Notes under the pieces: generated by a model
The model's input: only the letters and a program-made list of their open reading frames with translations
Database searches by the model: none
What the model was told of the DNA's origin: nothing
Part shown: in pieces, positions 62,215 to 64,000 of the stretch
Numbering within the stretch: the first letter of the stretch is position 1
How the letters are laid out: each line of letters begins with the position of its first letter
Position numbers and translations under genes: made by a program
NCBI RefSeq assembly: GCF_018977255.1
Contig: NW_024704757.1
Span: 13,144,001 to 13,208,000 of the forward strand
Length of the DNA: 64,000 nt
Origin: Callorhinchus milii
Lineage: Eukaryota
Reading direction: 5' to 3'

Positions 62215-62533
62215 GGAGTCCTGTAGCTCAGTGGTTAGAGCACTCGCTTTGCAAGTGAGAGACCTGAGTTCAATTCCAGGCAGAGGGCCAAACCTTGGGC
62301 AAGTTTCCTTACTCCACACAGAGCCTAATAATAATCCCTCCAAAACAATAATAAATTGGTCATTTTCAATCCACGACTGTTTGTGAGACATTGCTGTGCG
62401 CAATTGGCTGCCGCGTTTCGCCCACAAATATACAGTCAATTCACTTTACAGCGTATTCTGTGAAGCGCTTTGAGACGTCGAGAAGACGTGAAAAGTGCTA
62501 TATCAAATGCAAGGATTATTATATATTATTATT
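62215..62533 (+). mobile_element. Full-length SINE of the same family
   Basis: Head and body nearly identical to 47124-47454. Confidence 0.88.
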
Positions 62534-63099
62534 GACATGATGGGTATTTCCAGCATTTGATGTTTTTGTTTCCGGTTTCTGGCATTGGCAATCTTTTCTG
62601 TTTCTTGAGCAGTTGTTTCCTTCCTGTTCCGCGCCTCCCTCCCTCCCCCCCCCTCACCCCAACCCACACCAGACGTCTGGACAGATTTTTTTCAGATCGC
62701 ACACACTGCTCTCACTGCGAGTCTTGTGTTGAAAAGCCATAAAGAATGACGTTGTTCTTGTTGCTAGGTTCCTCAGGGCTGGGCTATTATGTTGTCACCT
62801 CGTGGTGCACACAAGAAGAGAGCGTTTTTCTGTACAGGAATCAGACGAGAGATTGGTTCACCACTGCAAAATGTTAAAGTGAACGCTATAGGTTGTGTGT
62901 TGTCCTCACACCAGGGCTCCAGGGGTGGCTTTGCAGTGCATTGTGTTGTGGAGCTGGTCTCCCCAGCGCCACTATTCAAACGATACAGCTCATTTTGAAG
63001 TCCTGAATGAAAACCTTCGTCGTCTCTCAGCTGGAGTTCCTTCCTCATCTTTCTGATGCCCAGTATTCATCATAAATGCATTAAAACGCTCGAAGAGTG

Positions 63100-63270
63100 G
63101 CGATTTCCACTCAATCCGTGACTGTTTTGCGGGACGCTGCTGTGCGCAATTGTCTGCCGAGTTTCACCCACAAAATATACAGCCGATTCACTTTACAGTA
63201 TATTCTGTGAAGCGCTTTGAGGCGTCTCGAAGACGTGATAAGATGCTATTTCGAATGTAAGGATTATTAT
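63100..63270 (+). mobile_element. SINE 3' half
   Basis: GGGACGCTGCTGTGCGCAATTG ... GAAGCGCTTTGAG ... GGATTATTAT. Confidence 0.78.
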
Positions 63271-64000
63271 TTTTTTTTAAAAAAAGTTTTTGACAAATGA
63301 TGGTGTCGAGGGCGAGAATCTTACCTTTCCATCCCTGGAAGCAAAGCTTTGATCGAAGCCCAACCGTATGAAACTCCTCTTTTCTTTCTTGCTTCCCTGG
63401 AGGATTCTGAGGGAAAATGGCTTATCCCTGAGTTTATAATGTACGTGGATCCACCTGTAGAAAATGTACTAAACATTCTGATTCACAGGGACGTGTTAAA
63501 TGGCATGAGATAAAAATATTATGCTCATAATGCAGTTCATATTGTCGTCATATCCAACGTAGTGCAGTAAATCCTTCGTATAGAGACGGCAAAAGGTTAA
63601 CCAGGAAATGAAATGTGTTATGTTGGCAGATGACAGACCTGGTGTGCAGTGCTGGAACAAGATAAATGTGTGGGAAGGGTGTTATTTTAGATATCAGTCG
63701 CACAACAATATAAAAGGGGGTGCAAGGAGACAGATTTGCTGCAGAATTCACAATCCTGTCTGCAATGTAATGTTAGCTTTCCTTTTGCCTTTAATTTCCA
63801 CAGGTTAATTCCGTTTAAGTGAGAACTACGATTACCGATTCTTTGGAAATGGCTTCCGACTCCACATCTCCAGTCCATCCGCCGACCTCTCTATCTCCAT
63901 CAGGTCTTCACCTCCCAGAAAGTCTGACAGAGCGGGCGCGCTCCCCCTCCCCAATGAGGGGCTTCCTCATCCCCAGCCCACTGCCAACTCGCAGGACCAG

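Overview
Vertebrate genomic DNA. The repeat landscape (L2 and CR1 LINEs, tRNA-headed DeuSINE-like SINEs) and a DNase I lacking the Cys101/Cys104 pair suggest a cartilaginous fish; this is inferred. Four spliced genes were rebuilt by hand from splice sites and reading frames: a complete DNase I-family gene (+, 8 coding exons, 281 aa), a complete ECI1 (-, 7 exons, 305 aa) tail-to-tail with it, a complete PTX4 (+, 3 exons, 457 aa), and CLCN7 (+, exons 1-16 only, stopping at a 25-N gap). All four have human orthologues in 16p13.3. Bases 1-1626 are a slightly diverged inverted copy of CLCN7 intron 1, either a haplotig/misassembly or a real inverted duplication. After 40.6 kb there is a 3'UTR-like stretch, then a CpG-island promoter at about 47.8-49.4 kb with non-coding exon(s) of an unidentified gene and a long intron. 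Most ORF-track entries are spurious (repeats, N runs, LINE relics). I found no convincing new biological system. The best leads are the CLCN7 inverted copy and truncation, a non-autonomous Helitron family, a near-perfect SINE inverted pair inside one Helitron, a tandem array of CTCF-like motifs, a TSD-flanked hairpin element next to an ECI1 splice acceptor, and a U12 intron in CLCN7. Repeat boundaries are approximate.
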